Shown: positions 10,239 to 19,581 of the stretch, piece after piece
How the letters are laid out: every line of letters starts with the position of its first letter
How positions within the stretch are numbered: the first letter of the stretch is position 1
From: Vulcanimicrobiota bacterium
Lineage (GTDB): Bacteria; Vulcanimicrobiota; Xenobia; Xenobiales; JADMJV01
Reading direction: 5' to 3'
Assembly (NCBI GenBank): GCA_050250895.1
Contig: JBFWNU010000002.1
Location: forward strand, 727,659-791,658
DNA: 64,000 nt
Notes under the pieces: model-generated
Database searches by the model: none
What the model was told of the DNA's origin: nothing
The model's input: only the letters and a program-made list of their open reading frames with translations
Program-made: the position numbers and the translations under genes

Positions 10239-10564
10239 TCGAGAATCCGCAGTTCTATCTGCTCATCAGCGCCTTCCTTTTTGGCCTTGGGGCGGTGGGC
10301 GTCGTGGTTCGACGTAACCCTCTGGTCATGTTTATGTGCATCGAGTTGATGCTTAACGCGTCCAATCTCGCTCTGGTCACTTTTTCAAAGTTTGGAGCGG
10401 CCTCGGCCCACGCCATGGGCAGTCCGGCCGACGGCCCGATCTTCGCCTTCATCGTGATGACCATCGCGGCAGCTGAGGCTGTGGTCGGTTTGGCCATCAT
10501 CATCACCATCTTTCGAACCAGGCACGAAGTCGACGTCGACCACCTGGGCGCTCTGAAGGGTTAG
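10235..10564 (+). CDS. nuoK: NADH-quinone oxidoreductase subunit K
   Basis: [16 protein letters not shown] and [12 protein letters not shown] motifs. Confidence 0.95.
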   Translation: MIENPQFYLLISAFLFGLGAVGVVVRRNPLVMFMCIELMLNASNLALVTFSKFGAASAHAMGSPADGPIFAFIVMTIAAAEAVVGLAIIITIFRTRHEVDVDHLGALKG

Positions 10565-10569
10565 CGAGC

Positions 10570-12465
10570 ATGGATGCAATCTGGTTGATACTCTTGCTGC
10601 CGCTGTTGGGCGCACTCCTCTGCGGCTCCCTCAGCCGATCCCTGGGCCGGGTGGGGGTTGGTCTGGTCGCCTGCGTGGCGGTGGGAGGTGCCTTTCTGGT
10701 AGCGGCCTCGAACGCCCTGAACTTGTGGTGGAGCGGCAATCCCGCCGCCACCGAAGTGGTGGCCTGGAACTGGATGAGCGTCCCGACGTCATTGTTTGAC
10801 GGTCGTATGCGGATGATGAGCGTAGACTTCGGGGCCTACATCGATCCGCTCTCCAGCGTCATGCTGTGCGTGATTACCGGCGTCGGTTTCTTGATTCACT
10901 GGTTTTCCACCGAGTACATGGAGGACGAACCCGACTACGGGCGGTTCTTCACCTACCTGAATCTTTTCGTGGCCGCGATGAGCTTGCTGGTGATGGCCAA
11001 CAACTTCATCGTGCTGCTCATCGGTTGGGGCGGCGTAGGCTTTGCCTCTTACGGCTTGATCGGCTTCTGGAACTTCAAACCTTCGGCCGCCGCCGCCGCG
11101 CGCAAAGCGTTTGTCATCAACGTCATCGGCGACGTCGGGCTGATGGTGGCCATCTTCCTGATGGCCTGGATCTGGGGCAGCACCGACTTCAGCGTGGTGC
11201 TGCACGGACCCGAACTGGTCGCTCCCGCCGAGGGCGAGTCCAATCCGGTCTTTCCCCTCACGCAGGCCATCGCCGTGTTTTTGCTGGTGGCTGCCTATGC
11301 CAAGTCGGCCCAACTGCCTCTGCATACCTGGTTGCCTGACGCCATGGAGGGTCCGACGCCCGTTTCGGCGCTGATTCACGCCGCTACCATGGTGACTGCC
11401 GGCGTCTATCTGGTGGTTCGCTCTCACGTCTTCTTCGAAGCCTGGCCCAACGTGCAAATGTGGGTGGTGACGATGGGGCTCTTCACGGCCGTCGTGGCGG
11501 CCACGGCCGCCATGGTCCAGACCGACCTCAAGAGGGTGCTGGCCTACTCGACCATGAGCCAGCTGGGCTATATGTTCATGGCCGCCGGAGTGGGCGCCTA
11601 TTCGGCCGCCATCTTTCACCTCGTCACCCACGCCTTTTTCAAAGCCCTGTTGTTCTTGTCGGCCGGTATCGTGATTCATGCCGCCCACGGCGAGCAAGAC
11701 ATGCGCAAGCTGGGGGGCCTGGGCCCGAAGATGCCTACGGTGGCCTTCCTGTTCGGGGTGGGCGGACTGTGTCTGGCCGGCTTTCCCCTGACCTCAGGCT
11801 TCTTCAGTAAAGAGGCCATTCTCCTGGCGGTCGAGCACTCGCCGTTGCCGCTGGCACCTATGTTTTACTACGGAGGGGCTTTGACCGCCGTGTTGACGGC
11901 CTACTATACAGCCCGAGCCTACTTTATGACCTTTCACGGACCTTCCCACTTCGAGCATAAGCTGCATCCATCGGGCGCTCCCATGGTGATCAGTTGCTTA
12001 TGCCTGGCCATCCTGGCCCTGGGGGCCGGTTGGGGACAGGCCTCGTTCTCGGTCTTCATGGCGCCCACCCACGAGGTCGAGCACGTGCCTCTCTTCGGCA
12101 TCCTGCCGGTGCTGGTGATCGCGGCCCTGGCGCTGGGTTACCATCTGCACGGCCGCAGTGACTCCACTGACTGGGCCTCGGCCAACGAGGATATGATGGC
12201 CTACTTCCGCTCGGGTTGGCGATTTGACGAACTCTACACGATGATGAGCACGGGCACCAAGAAGCTCAGCGGGATGCTCGCGACCGCGGTCGACACCGCC
12301 TTCGGCGAAGCCATTCCAGACTTTCTGGGTCGAGGCGCGACCGGTTTGGCAGGGGCGCTGACCCACATGCAGTCGGGCCAACTCAGGCACTATGCACTGA
12401 TGCTGATGGTGACCGTCTTCTTGTTCCTGATATGCAACCTGTTGACGGGAGGTGCCTGGCTATGA
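10570..12465 (+). CDS. nuoL: NADH-quinone oxidoreductase subunit L
   Basis: KSAQLPLHTWLPDAMEGPTPVSALIHAATMV and HAFFKALLFL motifs. Confidence 0.96.
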   Translation: MDAIWLILLLPLLGALLCGSLSRSLGRVGVGLVACVAVGGAFLVAASNALNLWWSGNPAATEVVAWNWMSVPTSLFDGRMRMMSVDFGAYIDPLSSVMLCVITGVGFLIHWFSTEYMEDEPDYGRFFTYLNLFVAAMSLLVMANNFIVLLIGWGGVGFASYGLIGFWNFKPSAAAAARKAFVINVIGDVGLMVAIFLMAWIWGSTDFSVVLHGPELVAPAEGESNPVFPLTQAIAVFLLVAAYAKSAQLPLHTWLPDAMEGPTPVSALIHAATMVTAGVYLVVRSHVFFEAWPNVQMWVVTMGLFTAVVAATAAMVQTDLKRVLAYSTMSQLGYMFMAAGVGAYSAAIFHLVTHAFFKALLFLSAGIVIHAAHGEQDMRKLGGLGPKMPTVAFLFGVGGLCLAGFPLTSGFFSKEAILLAVEHSPLPLAPMFYYGGALTAVLTAYYTARAYFMTFHGPSHFEHKLHPSGAPMVISCLCLAILALGAGWGQASFSVFMAPTHEVEHVPLFGILPVLVIAALALGYHLHGRSDSTDWASANEDMMAYFRSGWRFDELYTMMSTGTKKLSGMLATAVDTAFGEAIPDFLGRGATGLAGALTHMQSGQLRHYALMLMVTVFLFLICNLLTGGAWL

Positions 12466-13865
12466 GTCTGGTCGTCCTGTTACTGGTTCCTTTTCTGATC
12501 GGCATGTGCTGCCTCACCCAGACGCGTGAGGCGGGGCGGCCTTTTGCTATCGCCGGCTCGCTCGGTCACCTGTTGCTGGCGCTGTGGGTCGTGTCTCGGC
12601 CCGAATGGCCCCACTTCCAGCTGGCCTGGCTGCCCTCGGCCGGACTGACCTTCTCGCTCGCAGTCGACGGCGCGGGCTATCTGTTGCTGGTGCTGACGCC
12701 ACTGTTGACCACGCTGGCTTTGATCCTAACCCCGCCCGAGATCGACCGGGCCGAGTCGTTCTATGGCCTGTTGCTGATCCTCTCGGCCGCTCTCACGGGG
12801 CTGTTTCTGGCCGACAATCTACTGCTGTTCTACTTTTTCTTCGAGGTGATGCTGCTGCCGGCCTTGCTGCTGACCGCCCGCTGGGGAGGAGCCAACGGAC
12901 GCAAAGCGGCCTTCAAGTTCTTCCTGTTCACTCTGGCCGGCAGTCTGCCCATGTTGTTCGGCGTTCTGTTTCTGGCCGCGAGCACCGACGGCAATCTCGA
13001 TTTCTCCAACCTGCGCACCGTCGATCCGGGAACGCAGCGCTGGCTCTTCGTGCTCTTCGCTCTGGCCTTCTCGGTCAAGACACCGCTGGTGCCGTTCCAT
13101 GGCTGGCTGGTCGATCTCTATCGCTCGGCGCCGCCGCAAGTGACGGCAGTGGTCGCGGCGGTGATGTCCAAGGCCGGCGTCTACGGCTTTATCAAGGTCG
13201 GCCTGCTGGTCTTTCCCGAGGCAATGGCCTCGGCCGCCCCGGTCCTGTTGGTGATGGCCGTGATTGGCGTGCTCTATGGCGGTCTCTGTGCCCTGGGCGA
13301 CCCGACCATCACAGGAACCCTGGCCTACTCCAGTCTTTCCCACATGGGGATGATCGTGATGGGGTTGGTGGCCCTCAATCGCACCGGGCTCTCGGGCGGA
13401 ACCCTCCAGATGCTCAATCACGGCCTGGCCACCGGTGGACTGTTTCTGGTGGTGGCGGTGCTGGCCGGCCGGGGGCTTTCGGACCAGCTCGACCAGAACG
13501 GCGGGCTGGCTCAATCGGCTCCCCGACTGGCCGTGGTCTTTTTGTTCTTGACCATGGCTTCCTTGGGTCTGCCGGGGCTTTGCTCCTATCCCGGTGAGGT
13601 GCTCATCCTCACCGGCCTCTTTCGCCAGTCTCCCCGAATGACAGTGCTGGCTTCCCTGGGCATCGTGATCGCTGCCTGGTATCTGCTCAGGCTCTATCAG
13701 GGCGTCATGCACGGGCCCGGTCGACAATCGACCAGCGATCTCAGCGCCTGGGAATTCTCGGGGTTCTTGCCTTTGCTGGTGCTGGTCGTGGTCGTGGGCG
13801 CGGCGCCGGGTGTCTGGCTCGATCCTGTTCAACTTTGGATGGAAACGGCGGGAATTCTCCAGTGA
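12462..13865 (+). CDS. nuoM: NADH-quinone oxidoreductase subunit M
   Basis: FYFFFE, VKTPLVPFHGWL and AYSSLSHMG motifs. ATGA overlap with nuoL. Confidence 0.93.
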   Translation: MSLVVLLLVPFLIGMCCLTQTREAGRPFAIAGSLGHLLLALWVVSRPEWPHFQLAWLPSAGLTFSLAVDGAGYLLLVLTPLLTTLALILTPPEIDRAESFYGLLLILSAALTGLFLADNLLLFYFFFEVMLLPALLLTARWGGANGRKAAFKFFLFTLAGSLPMLFGVLFLAASTDGNLDFSNLRTVDPGTQRWLFVLFALAFSVKTPLVPFHGWLVDLYRSAPPQVTAVVAAVMSKAGVYGFIKVGLLVFPEAMASAAPVLLVMAVIGVLYGGLCALGDPTITGTLAYSSLSHMGMIVMGLVALNRTGLSGGTLQMLNHGLATGGLFLVVAVLAGRGLSDQLDQNGGLAQSAPRLAVVFLFLTMASLGLPGLCSYPGEVLILTGLFRQSPRMTVLASLGIVIAAWYLLRLYQGVMHGPGRQSTSDLSAWEFSGFLPLLVLVVVVGAAPGVWLDPVQLWMETAGILQ

Positions 13866-15310
13866 ACCAGATGATTTTGAGCCTTCCGTCGTTAGCCGAC
13901 TTTCAGACCATCGTCCCCGAACTGGTCCTGGGGGCTTTGGTGGTGATGGCCCTGCTGCTCGAACTGGGTGGTCAGGAAGAGCAAGCCGAGCCTCCCATCG
14001 CTCGCCTGGCACCGCTGGCTTTGTTGGGGCTGATCGGTTGGCTCTTTACGCGCCCCGGACGCGAGTCGTTTCTCGGCTTTAACCTGATGGTGGTCGACGA
14101 TGGAATCTCGCGGGCTCTGGCTCTGGTAGTGAGCCTGGCGCTGCTGCTCACCTTCACCGTGGGTGTGGGCGAACTCGATTATCATCGTGTGGGCTTTCGG
14201 GGCGAGTTTTTCGCCCTGTTGCTGTCGGCCGGTCTGGGCATGGTGCTGATGGGCGCCGCCAACAACCTGATCGTGATCTTTCTGGGGCTCGAGCTGTTCT
14301 CTCTATCGCTCTATCTTCTGTGCGTGTTTTTCCCTCACGAGCCAGCCTCGCAAGAATCGGGTCTCAAATATTTCATCCTGAGTTCGGCTGCCTCGGCAGT
14401 CATGTTGTACGGCATGGCCCTGATTTATGGGGCGACCGGCTCGACCTGGCTGGGTGAAATCATGGCCTCGCTCGAGCACGAGCCGGGCCTGCTGGTGCGG
14501 GCGGGGATGATGCTGGTGCTGGCCGGGCTGGCCTTCAAGGTTTCGGCGGTCCCCCTTCATAACTGGACTCCCGACGTTTATGAAGGCGCGCCGACCAGCG
14601 TCACCGCCTTCATGTCGGTAGCCACCAAAGCGGCTGCGCTGACCGTCTTGATTCGCATCTTCGCCCACCAGAAGGGGGAATTCAGCCCGGTCTGGATGGC
14701 TATGGTCGGAGGACTGGTGGTGACCTCGGTCCTGACCGGCAACCTGATGGCTTTGGCCCAGACCCGGGTGAAACGGATGCTGGCCTATTCGGGTATCGGT
14801 CACGCCGGCTATCTGCTGATGGCGATTACGGCTCAAGGCAGCGCCGATGGCGCGCTCTATTTCTATCTAGTGGTCTATGCGTTCATGAACGTCGGGGCTT
14901 TTCTGGCTGTGCTCTGCCTCGAGCAGGCCCTCCAGACCGAAGTAACCATCGAGTCTTGTCGGGGACTGGCGTCGCGCAACCCGCTCTGGGCCTGGTCGTT
15001 TGCTCTTTGCCTGGTGGCTCTCGCCGGTCTTCCGCCCACGGGCGGCTTTTTGGCCAAGTATTTCCTGTTCTCGGCCGTGCTCGAGGCCGGCCAGGCGGCC
15101 TTGCCGGCCATCGGCCTCATCGGATCATTCATCGGAGCTGCTTACTATCTCGGCCTGGTGTTGAAAATATTCTCCAGCAGCGACGAAGAGGAGCAACAGC
15201 CGCCCCTCGAGATGCCCTCTGGGGCCCTGCTGGGCCTGGCGCTATGCGCTTTCGGCGCTCTCGCCCTCGGTTTGGCGCCCGGCCCGCTCTTTGGCTGGAT
15301 CGGTCTCTAG
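13862..15310 (+). CDS. nuoN: NADH-quinone oxidoreductase subunit N
   Basis: ESGLKYFIL, FKVSAVPLHNWTPDVYEGAPT, KRMLAYSGIGHAGY and GFLAKY motifs. Confidence 0.94.
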   Translation: MNQMILSLPSLADFQTIVPELVLGALVVMALLLELGGQEEQAEPPIARLAPLALLGLIGWLFTRPGRESFLGFNLMVVDDGISRALALVVSLALLLTFTVGVGELDYHRVGFRGEFFALLLSAGLGMVLMGAANNLIVIFLGLELFSLSLYLLCVFFPHEPASQESGLKYFILSSAASAVMLYGMALIYGATGSTWLGEIMASLEHEPGLLVRAGMMLVLAGLAFKVSAVPLHNWTPDVYEGAPTSVTAFMSVATKAAALTVLIRIFAHQKGEFSPVWMAMVGGLVVTSVLTGNLMALAQTRVKRMLAYSGIGHAGYLLMAITAQGSADGALYFYLVVYAFMNVGAFLAVLCLEQALQTEVTIESCRGLASRNPLWAWSFALCLVALAGLPPTGGFLAKYFLFSAVLEAGQAALPAIGLIGSFIGAAYYLGLVLKIFSSSDEEEQQPPLEMPSGALLGLALCAFGALALGLAPGPLFGWIGL

Positions 15311-16357
15311 AGTCCGTCGGTCGCCCGGACGATTGCGGCGGGCGTCCATTAGAATGGCCACCCAGCGCAGGTCGTCGCTGTTTTCCAGCAGGATCTTGAT
15401 GAGCATGGTGATGGGCACCGACAGCAGCATTCCGATGGGACCCCACACCCAGCCCCAGAACACCAGCGAGAGAAAGACCACCAGGGGCGACAGTCCCAGC
15501 TGACGGCCCATCATGGTCGGTTCAAGAAAGTTGCTCACGCCGGTGTTGATCACGATGTATCCGATCGCTAGCACTCCCACCTGGACGAAGCTCAACTGCA
15601 CCAGCGCCAGCAGCAGGGCCGGCACCGCGGCGATGATCGAGCCGACCACCGGGATGTAGTTGAGCAAGAAAGCGAGCAGCCCCCACAGCATGGGCAACTC
15701 GACTCCGATCGCAAAGCACATCAAGAAGACGGCCAGACCCGTGATGGCGCTGGTGACGCTTTTTACCAGCAGATAGCGTTGAACGTCGTGAGCGACCCGT
15801 TCGAGGCGGTCGACATCGACCGACTCGTCCAGGGCCGAACGAAGCTTGTGGCGGTAGTCGGTGGCTTCGAACAGCAAGAAGACCGCGATCACGATGGCCG
15901 TGGCCGAACTCGAGAACAGGCGCATGAGTCCTTTGAGAAGATTGCCTACCAGTTCCACCACCATGCCGGCATTCACTTCGGTGCCGGTCTCGGGCAACAC
16001 AAATCCGAAGCGTTTGAGATAACCCTCCACGGTTTCTAGCAGGCTCTGGAAGGGCTCTTGATACTTAGGCAGGATGTCGATCAGGTGACTGATCGAGTTG
16101 GCCAGCAGGGTGCCCGCGCCAAAGACGAGTCCGGCAATTACCACCGTCACGAACACCGCCGCCAACGGGCCAGGAACTTTCTTTTCTTGCAGCCAGTAGA
16201 CGGGGCCAACGCCGACGATAGCTACCAACAGGGCGAACATGAAAGGGGCCAGGATAGCTCGGGCGGCGGTCAGGCCGGCTACCACGATGACCAGGGCGGC
16301 GGCTCCCATCAAGAGCCGGTAGCCGGCGAAACTGATTCGTTCTTTGGTGTCTTTCAT
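15242..16357 (-). CDS. AI-2E family transporter
   Basis: Multi-TM protein with LLNYIPVVGS, LEPTMMGRQLGLSP and WGWVWGPIGMLLSVP. Start taken at MKDTKER. Confidence 0.88.
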   Translation of the reverse strand: MKDTKERISFAGYRLLMGAAALVIVVAGLTAARAILAPFMFALLVAIVGVGPVYWLQEKKVPGPLAAVFVTVVIAGLVFGAGTLLANSISHLIDILPKYQEPFQSLLETVEGYLKRFGFVLPETGTEVNAGMVVELVGNLLKGLMRLFSSSATAIVIAVFLLFEATDYRHKLRSALDESVDVDRLERVAHDVQRYLLVKSVTSAITGLAVFLMCFAIGVELPMLWGLLAFLLNYIPVVGSIIAAVPALLLALVQLSFVQVGVLAIGYIVINTGVSNFLEPTMMGRQLGLSPLVVFLSLVFWGWVWGPIGMLLSVPITMLIKILLENSDDLRWVAILMDARRNRPGDRRTLETDPAKERAGRQTEGESAESA

Positions 16358-17499
16358 CGGGCATCCCTTTGAGACGGTGGTGCGATCCATTCTAACACCA
16401 GGGGGCCTTCCAGGTGACCCCGGCCAGGACCGCCAGCGGCATAAACTCTCACCGGTCCGACTTTCTCGACCACAGCCAGCAGACAACCGTCGGCTGGGCT
16501 TAAGGCTTGTCTCAGGGCCTTCGAGGCCGGTTGGTCGGCCAGCGAAGTCTCGGCGATGCGGGCCGAGATGGCCTGGCCCAGGCCGTCGGCCCCCAGGTTG
16601 ATGCCAAACAACACAACATCGGATACCAGCGCGAAGGCGAATTCTTGATCCAGGCTTTGGCGAATGGCGACGCCCTCACGATAGTAGGTCGGCAACGAGG
16701 TGCTGACCACGGCAGGCAAGAGGCGTGCCGCCAGCCGTTCGGCACCGCTCGGATCGCTCAGCAAAGCCACGACCTGGAGCGGCATCTCTTTCACCTCGGC
16801 GAGCTGTTCGGGCCGACGGGCCAGCGAAAAGCCGACTTCTCCGGCCAGTAGCGACAACAGATCCTGTTTGAAGTCAAGGCCCCAGCGGGCGAACTCGGTT
16901 TGGAGTTCGTCGACTAATTGAGGATTGTACCGGGCCAGAGCAGCCACATCCAGCACCCCGACCAGTTCGTCATCCTGGCCGAAGAACTCCAAGGTCTGTA
17001 GACTGAGCGACCCGCGCGGCAGGTTGGGGGGAAGATCGCCTTCGAAACGCCAGCGACCCACCGAAAGGGGGCCGCTGGGATCGAAGCTGGCCCACAGCCG
17101 ACCCTGCGGATACTTCTGCAGCCAGAGACCCCCAGCTGCGTCGTGGGCCGGGGTCAGCCCAGGATCGTCGGCCAGGCTGGGGGCGGGGGATTGGGGTTCG
17201 AGCTGCCACTGGGCATGCCGACCGGAACCGTCGACCCAGTGGATGAACACCTGAGCCTGGGGCGGTGGTGGACTGGCTTTGAGCCGCTGGCACACAAACT
17301 GCAGCGTGAACGGGTCGAGGTCGAGATTGGTCAAGTCCAACACCAGGGCCTGGCTGGCCTGGGCCGGAATGCAGGCCAGGGCGAGTTTCACCCGGCTGGG
17401 TCCAGGCTGGATCCCGGTGGGCCAGTACATCGTCAAGCAAGCGACGAGAGTCGCCAGTGCGAGCAGTAACCGTGGGCTTCTGGTCTGGTTCAACGTCAA
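16354..17499 (-). CDS. Exported hypothetical protein, DUF3352-like
   Basis: N-terminal hydrophobic anchor and a 'GLDFKQDLLSLLAGEVGFSL' segment typical of DUF3352-like proteins. ATGA overlap with the AI-2E gene. Start uncertain. Confidence 0.5.
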   Translation of the reverse strand: MTLNQTRSPRLLLALATLVACLTMYWPTGIQPGPSRVKLALACIPAQASQALVLDLTNLDLDPFTLQFVCQRLKASPPPPQAQVFIHWVDGSGRHAQWQLEPQSPAPSLADDPGLTPAHDAAGGLWLQKYPQGRLWASFDPSGPLSVGRWRFEGDLPPNLPRGSLSLQTLEFFGQDDELVGVLDVAALARYNPQLVDELQTEFARWGLDFKQDLLSLLAGEVGFSLARRPEQLAEVKEMPLQVVALLSDPSGAERLAARLLPAVVSTSLPTYYREGVAIRQSLDQEFAFALVSDVVLFGINLGADGLGQAISARIAETSLADQPASKALRQALSPADGCLLAVVEKVGPVRVYAAGGPGRGHLEGPLVLEWIAPPSQRDAR

Positions 17500-17596
17500 A
17501 GTGGGTTCGCCCCCATCGGCCTGCAGCCTTCCCGAAACCACGAGCGGAAAGAAGGAGGGGCAGGCGAGGACCCGAAAAAGGTGGCAACAGACGAGT

Positions 17597-18439
17597 ATGG
17601 CAAAATTTTGTAATCAATGTGGCGGTTCCGTCGGCGACGCCGCGAAGTTCTGCGGTCAGTGCGGCAACAGACTGCGCCAGACATCGACGATACGCCCCTC
17701 CGGTCCGCCCAGTGAAGAGCCCGCGGCGACGATAGCCCCGCCGCCGATGACCTCTATGCCCGACTCGCCGCCGCCCCCCCAGTATTGGGAGTCTTACGAC
17801 TTCCCCTCGAATAATCCGGGGGCTGAAGAGGCGGCCAGTTCCTGGGAGTCGTCTCCACCCGTTCTTTACAGTGCACGTCACGACGCCTCGCGTCCTCTGC
17901 CCCCGCTCTCGTTTGGACCGTCCACTCCGGTGGGAGCCCAGGAAAAGGCCCGCGACATCGCCCGCAGCTTCGCCCTCTCGGCGGCGGGTATCGTGCTGGT
18001 TCCGATTCCGTTCTCGGATCTTGTCCTGTTGATGCCGATCCAGACGGCCATGGTGCTGGCTATCGGTAAGGCTTTCGAGGTCAAAGACCCGCCCGAGAAA
18101 ATGCTGGCCCACATCGCGGCCGCTTGCGGGGCCAGCGTCTTTGGTCAGATCACGACCTTGTTCGTGGCCAACCTCATCCCTATCATCGGCAAACTGGTGA
18201 GCGCCCCCTTTGTTTATGGCTGGACCTATGGTCTGGGCGAGGTGGCTATCCGCTACTTCGAGTCGCAGGGCGAGATGGAACAGGACGAGATGAAGAGTCT
18301 CTTCAAGAAGATCAGTCGTGACGCCACGCGGGCCTTCAAGAAGGACGAGACCTTCGACACCGGAGAGAGCTTCTCGCACCTGCGCGACCACCTGTCGGAA
18401 GAGGATTATCGCAAGCTGCGCCAGCGCTTCTCGAGTTGA
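17597..18439 (+). CDS. Zinc-ribbon + Pro-rich linker + DUF697/YcjF-like membrane domain protein
   Basis: FCNQCG...AKFCGQCG zinc ribbon, then VPIPFSDLVLLMPIQTAMV...IPIIG...TYGLG. Confidence 0.75.
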   Translation: MAKFCNQCGGSVGDAAKFCGQCGNRLRQTSTIRPSGPPSEEPAATIAPPPMTSMPDSPPPPQYWESYDFPSNNPGAEEAASSWESSPPVLYSARHDASRPLPPLSFGPSTPVGAQEKARDIARSFALSAAGIVLVPIPFSDLVLLMPIQTAMVLAIGKAFEVKDPPEKMLAHIAAACGASVFGQITTLFVANLIPIIGKLVSAPFVYGWTYGLGEVAIRYFESQGEMEQDEMKSLFKKISRDATRAFKKDETFDTGESFSHLRDHLSEEDYRKLRQRFSS

Positions 18440-19245
18440 GCCTCAGTCGCATCCTCCATCCCACCGATTTTAGTCGCGCCAGCGGCCGCGCCTTCGATCA
18501 CGCCTTGAAGTTGGCCCTGGCTAGCCGCGGTCATCTGGGAGTGGTCCACGTGGATGCGGGCGGCGAGCATTCTCAGTGGAGCGACTTTCCCGGCGTGCGC
18601 GAGCGACTCATCCATTGGGGCGAGCTGCCTGAGGGCGCGTCCAAGAAGGATGTGCCGCGCCTGGGACTGTCGGTGGGCAAGGTGCGGCTCAAAGGCGCTA
18701 CGGTGCGGGCCCTGGCCGATGCGGCTCACAAGGATCACGCCGACTTTTTGGTGATGGCCACGCACGCTCGGGGCCTGCTTGAGCGTCTGTTGCACCCCAG
18801 CGTGGCCGAGCCGGTGGCCCGCAAGACGCAGCTACCGGCCCTGTTCGTGCCGCACGGAGCCAGTGGCTTCGTGTCCGAGGAGGGAGCGGTGTCGCTGCAG
18901 CGAGTGCTCGTTCCGGTGGGCCGAAGCCCTTCGCCGAGCCTGGCCGTCGACGCGGCCGCAGGGTTGGCGCGGGCGCTCGGGGCGAGCCCGACCTGCCGGC
19001 TCTTCTTCGTCGGCTCGGCGGGCGACCGGCCCGAGGTGCGAACGCCGGGCGGGGCCTGGGAAGAGACCTGTGCCGAGGGCCCCCTGGTGGATGCCATCGT
19101 GGCGGAGGTCAAGCACTTCCGGCCTGACCTGGTCGTGATGGCGACGCTGGGGCACGATAGCCTGAGCGACACTCTGGTGGGCAGCCACACCGAGCAGGTA
19201 TTGCGCCAGGTCGACTGCCCTCTGCTCGCCGTCCCGGCCCGATGA
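18436..19245 (+). CDS. Universal stress protein (tandem UspA domains)
   Basis: ILHPTDFS, DFLVMATH, DLVVMATLG and GSHTEQVLRQVDCPLLAVP. Confidence 0.9.
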   Translation: MSLSRILHPTDFSRASGRAFDHALKLALASRGHLGVVHVDAGGEHSQWSDFPGVRERLIHWGELPEGASKKDVPRLGLSVGKVRLKGATVRALADAAHKDHADFLVMATHARGLLERLLHPSVAEPVARKTQLPALFVPHGASGFVSEEGAVSLQRVLVPVGRSPSPSLAVDAAAGLARALGASPTCRLFFVGSAGDRPEVRTPGGAWEETCAEGPLVDAIVAEVKHFRPDLVVMATLGHDSLSDTLVGSHTEQVLRQVDCPLLAVPAR

Positions 19246-19364
19246 CACCCCTCGAGCGCGCCAGGCTCAGCCTCACCGGTCTGTGCCTGGAGCGGTCAGG
19301 GCGGCGCGGCGCGTGGTCGAATGACAGGTCGGTGTGGGTCGCCAGTGGGGCGCCTGAGAAATAA
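19242..19364 (+). pseudogene. Possible 5' remnant of an ADP-ribosylglycohydrolase gene (40 codons)
   Basis: ATGA-coupled to usp. MTPLERARLSLTGLCL resembles the ARH-family start preceding 'GDA', then the similarity is lost. Confidence 0.3.
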
Positions 19365-19526
19365 ACCGCGGAGATCAGGAGGGCCCGGAGAGGGTTGTGG
19401 GGGGCGTGGGTTGAGCGTCCTGGCGAGTGATTCGGCAGCCTACATTGCCGGATGACCGGCGTGGCTCACCCGCGGCGACCCGGCGGCCGCCCGCGACCCC
19501 GCCCGCCGAGGCTCCCTCGGCCAGAC

Positions 19527-19577
19527 TTGCAATTGTCTTTGTCGTGGATTATACTTTGCGTTGTAAAGCAAAGGAGG
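19527..19577 (+). promoter_or_regulatory. Sigma70 promoter, imperfect palindrome and SD of the radical SAM gene
   Basis: TTGCAA (19527-32), 17 bp spacer, TATACT (19550-55). CTTTGC-gtt-GTAAAG at 19554-19568. AAAGGAGG before the GTG at 19582. Confidence 0.65.
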
Positions 19578-19581
19578 TCGC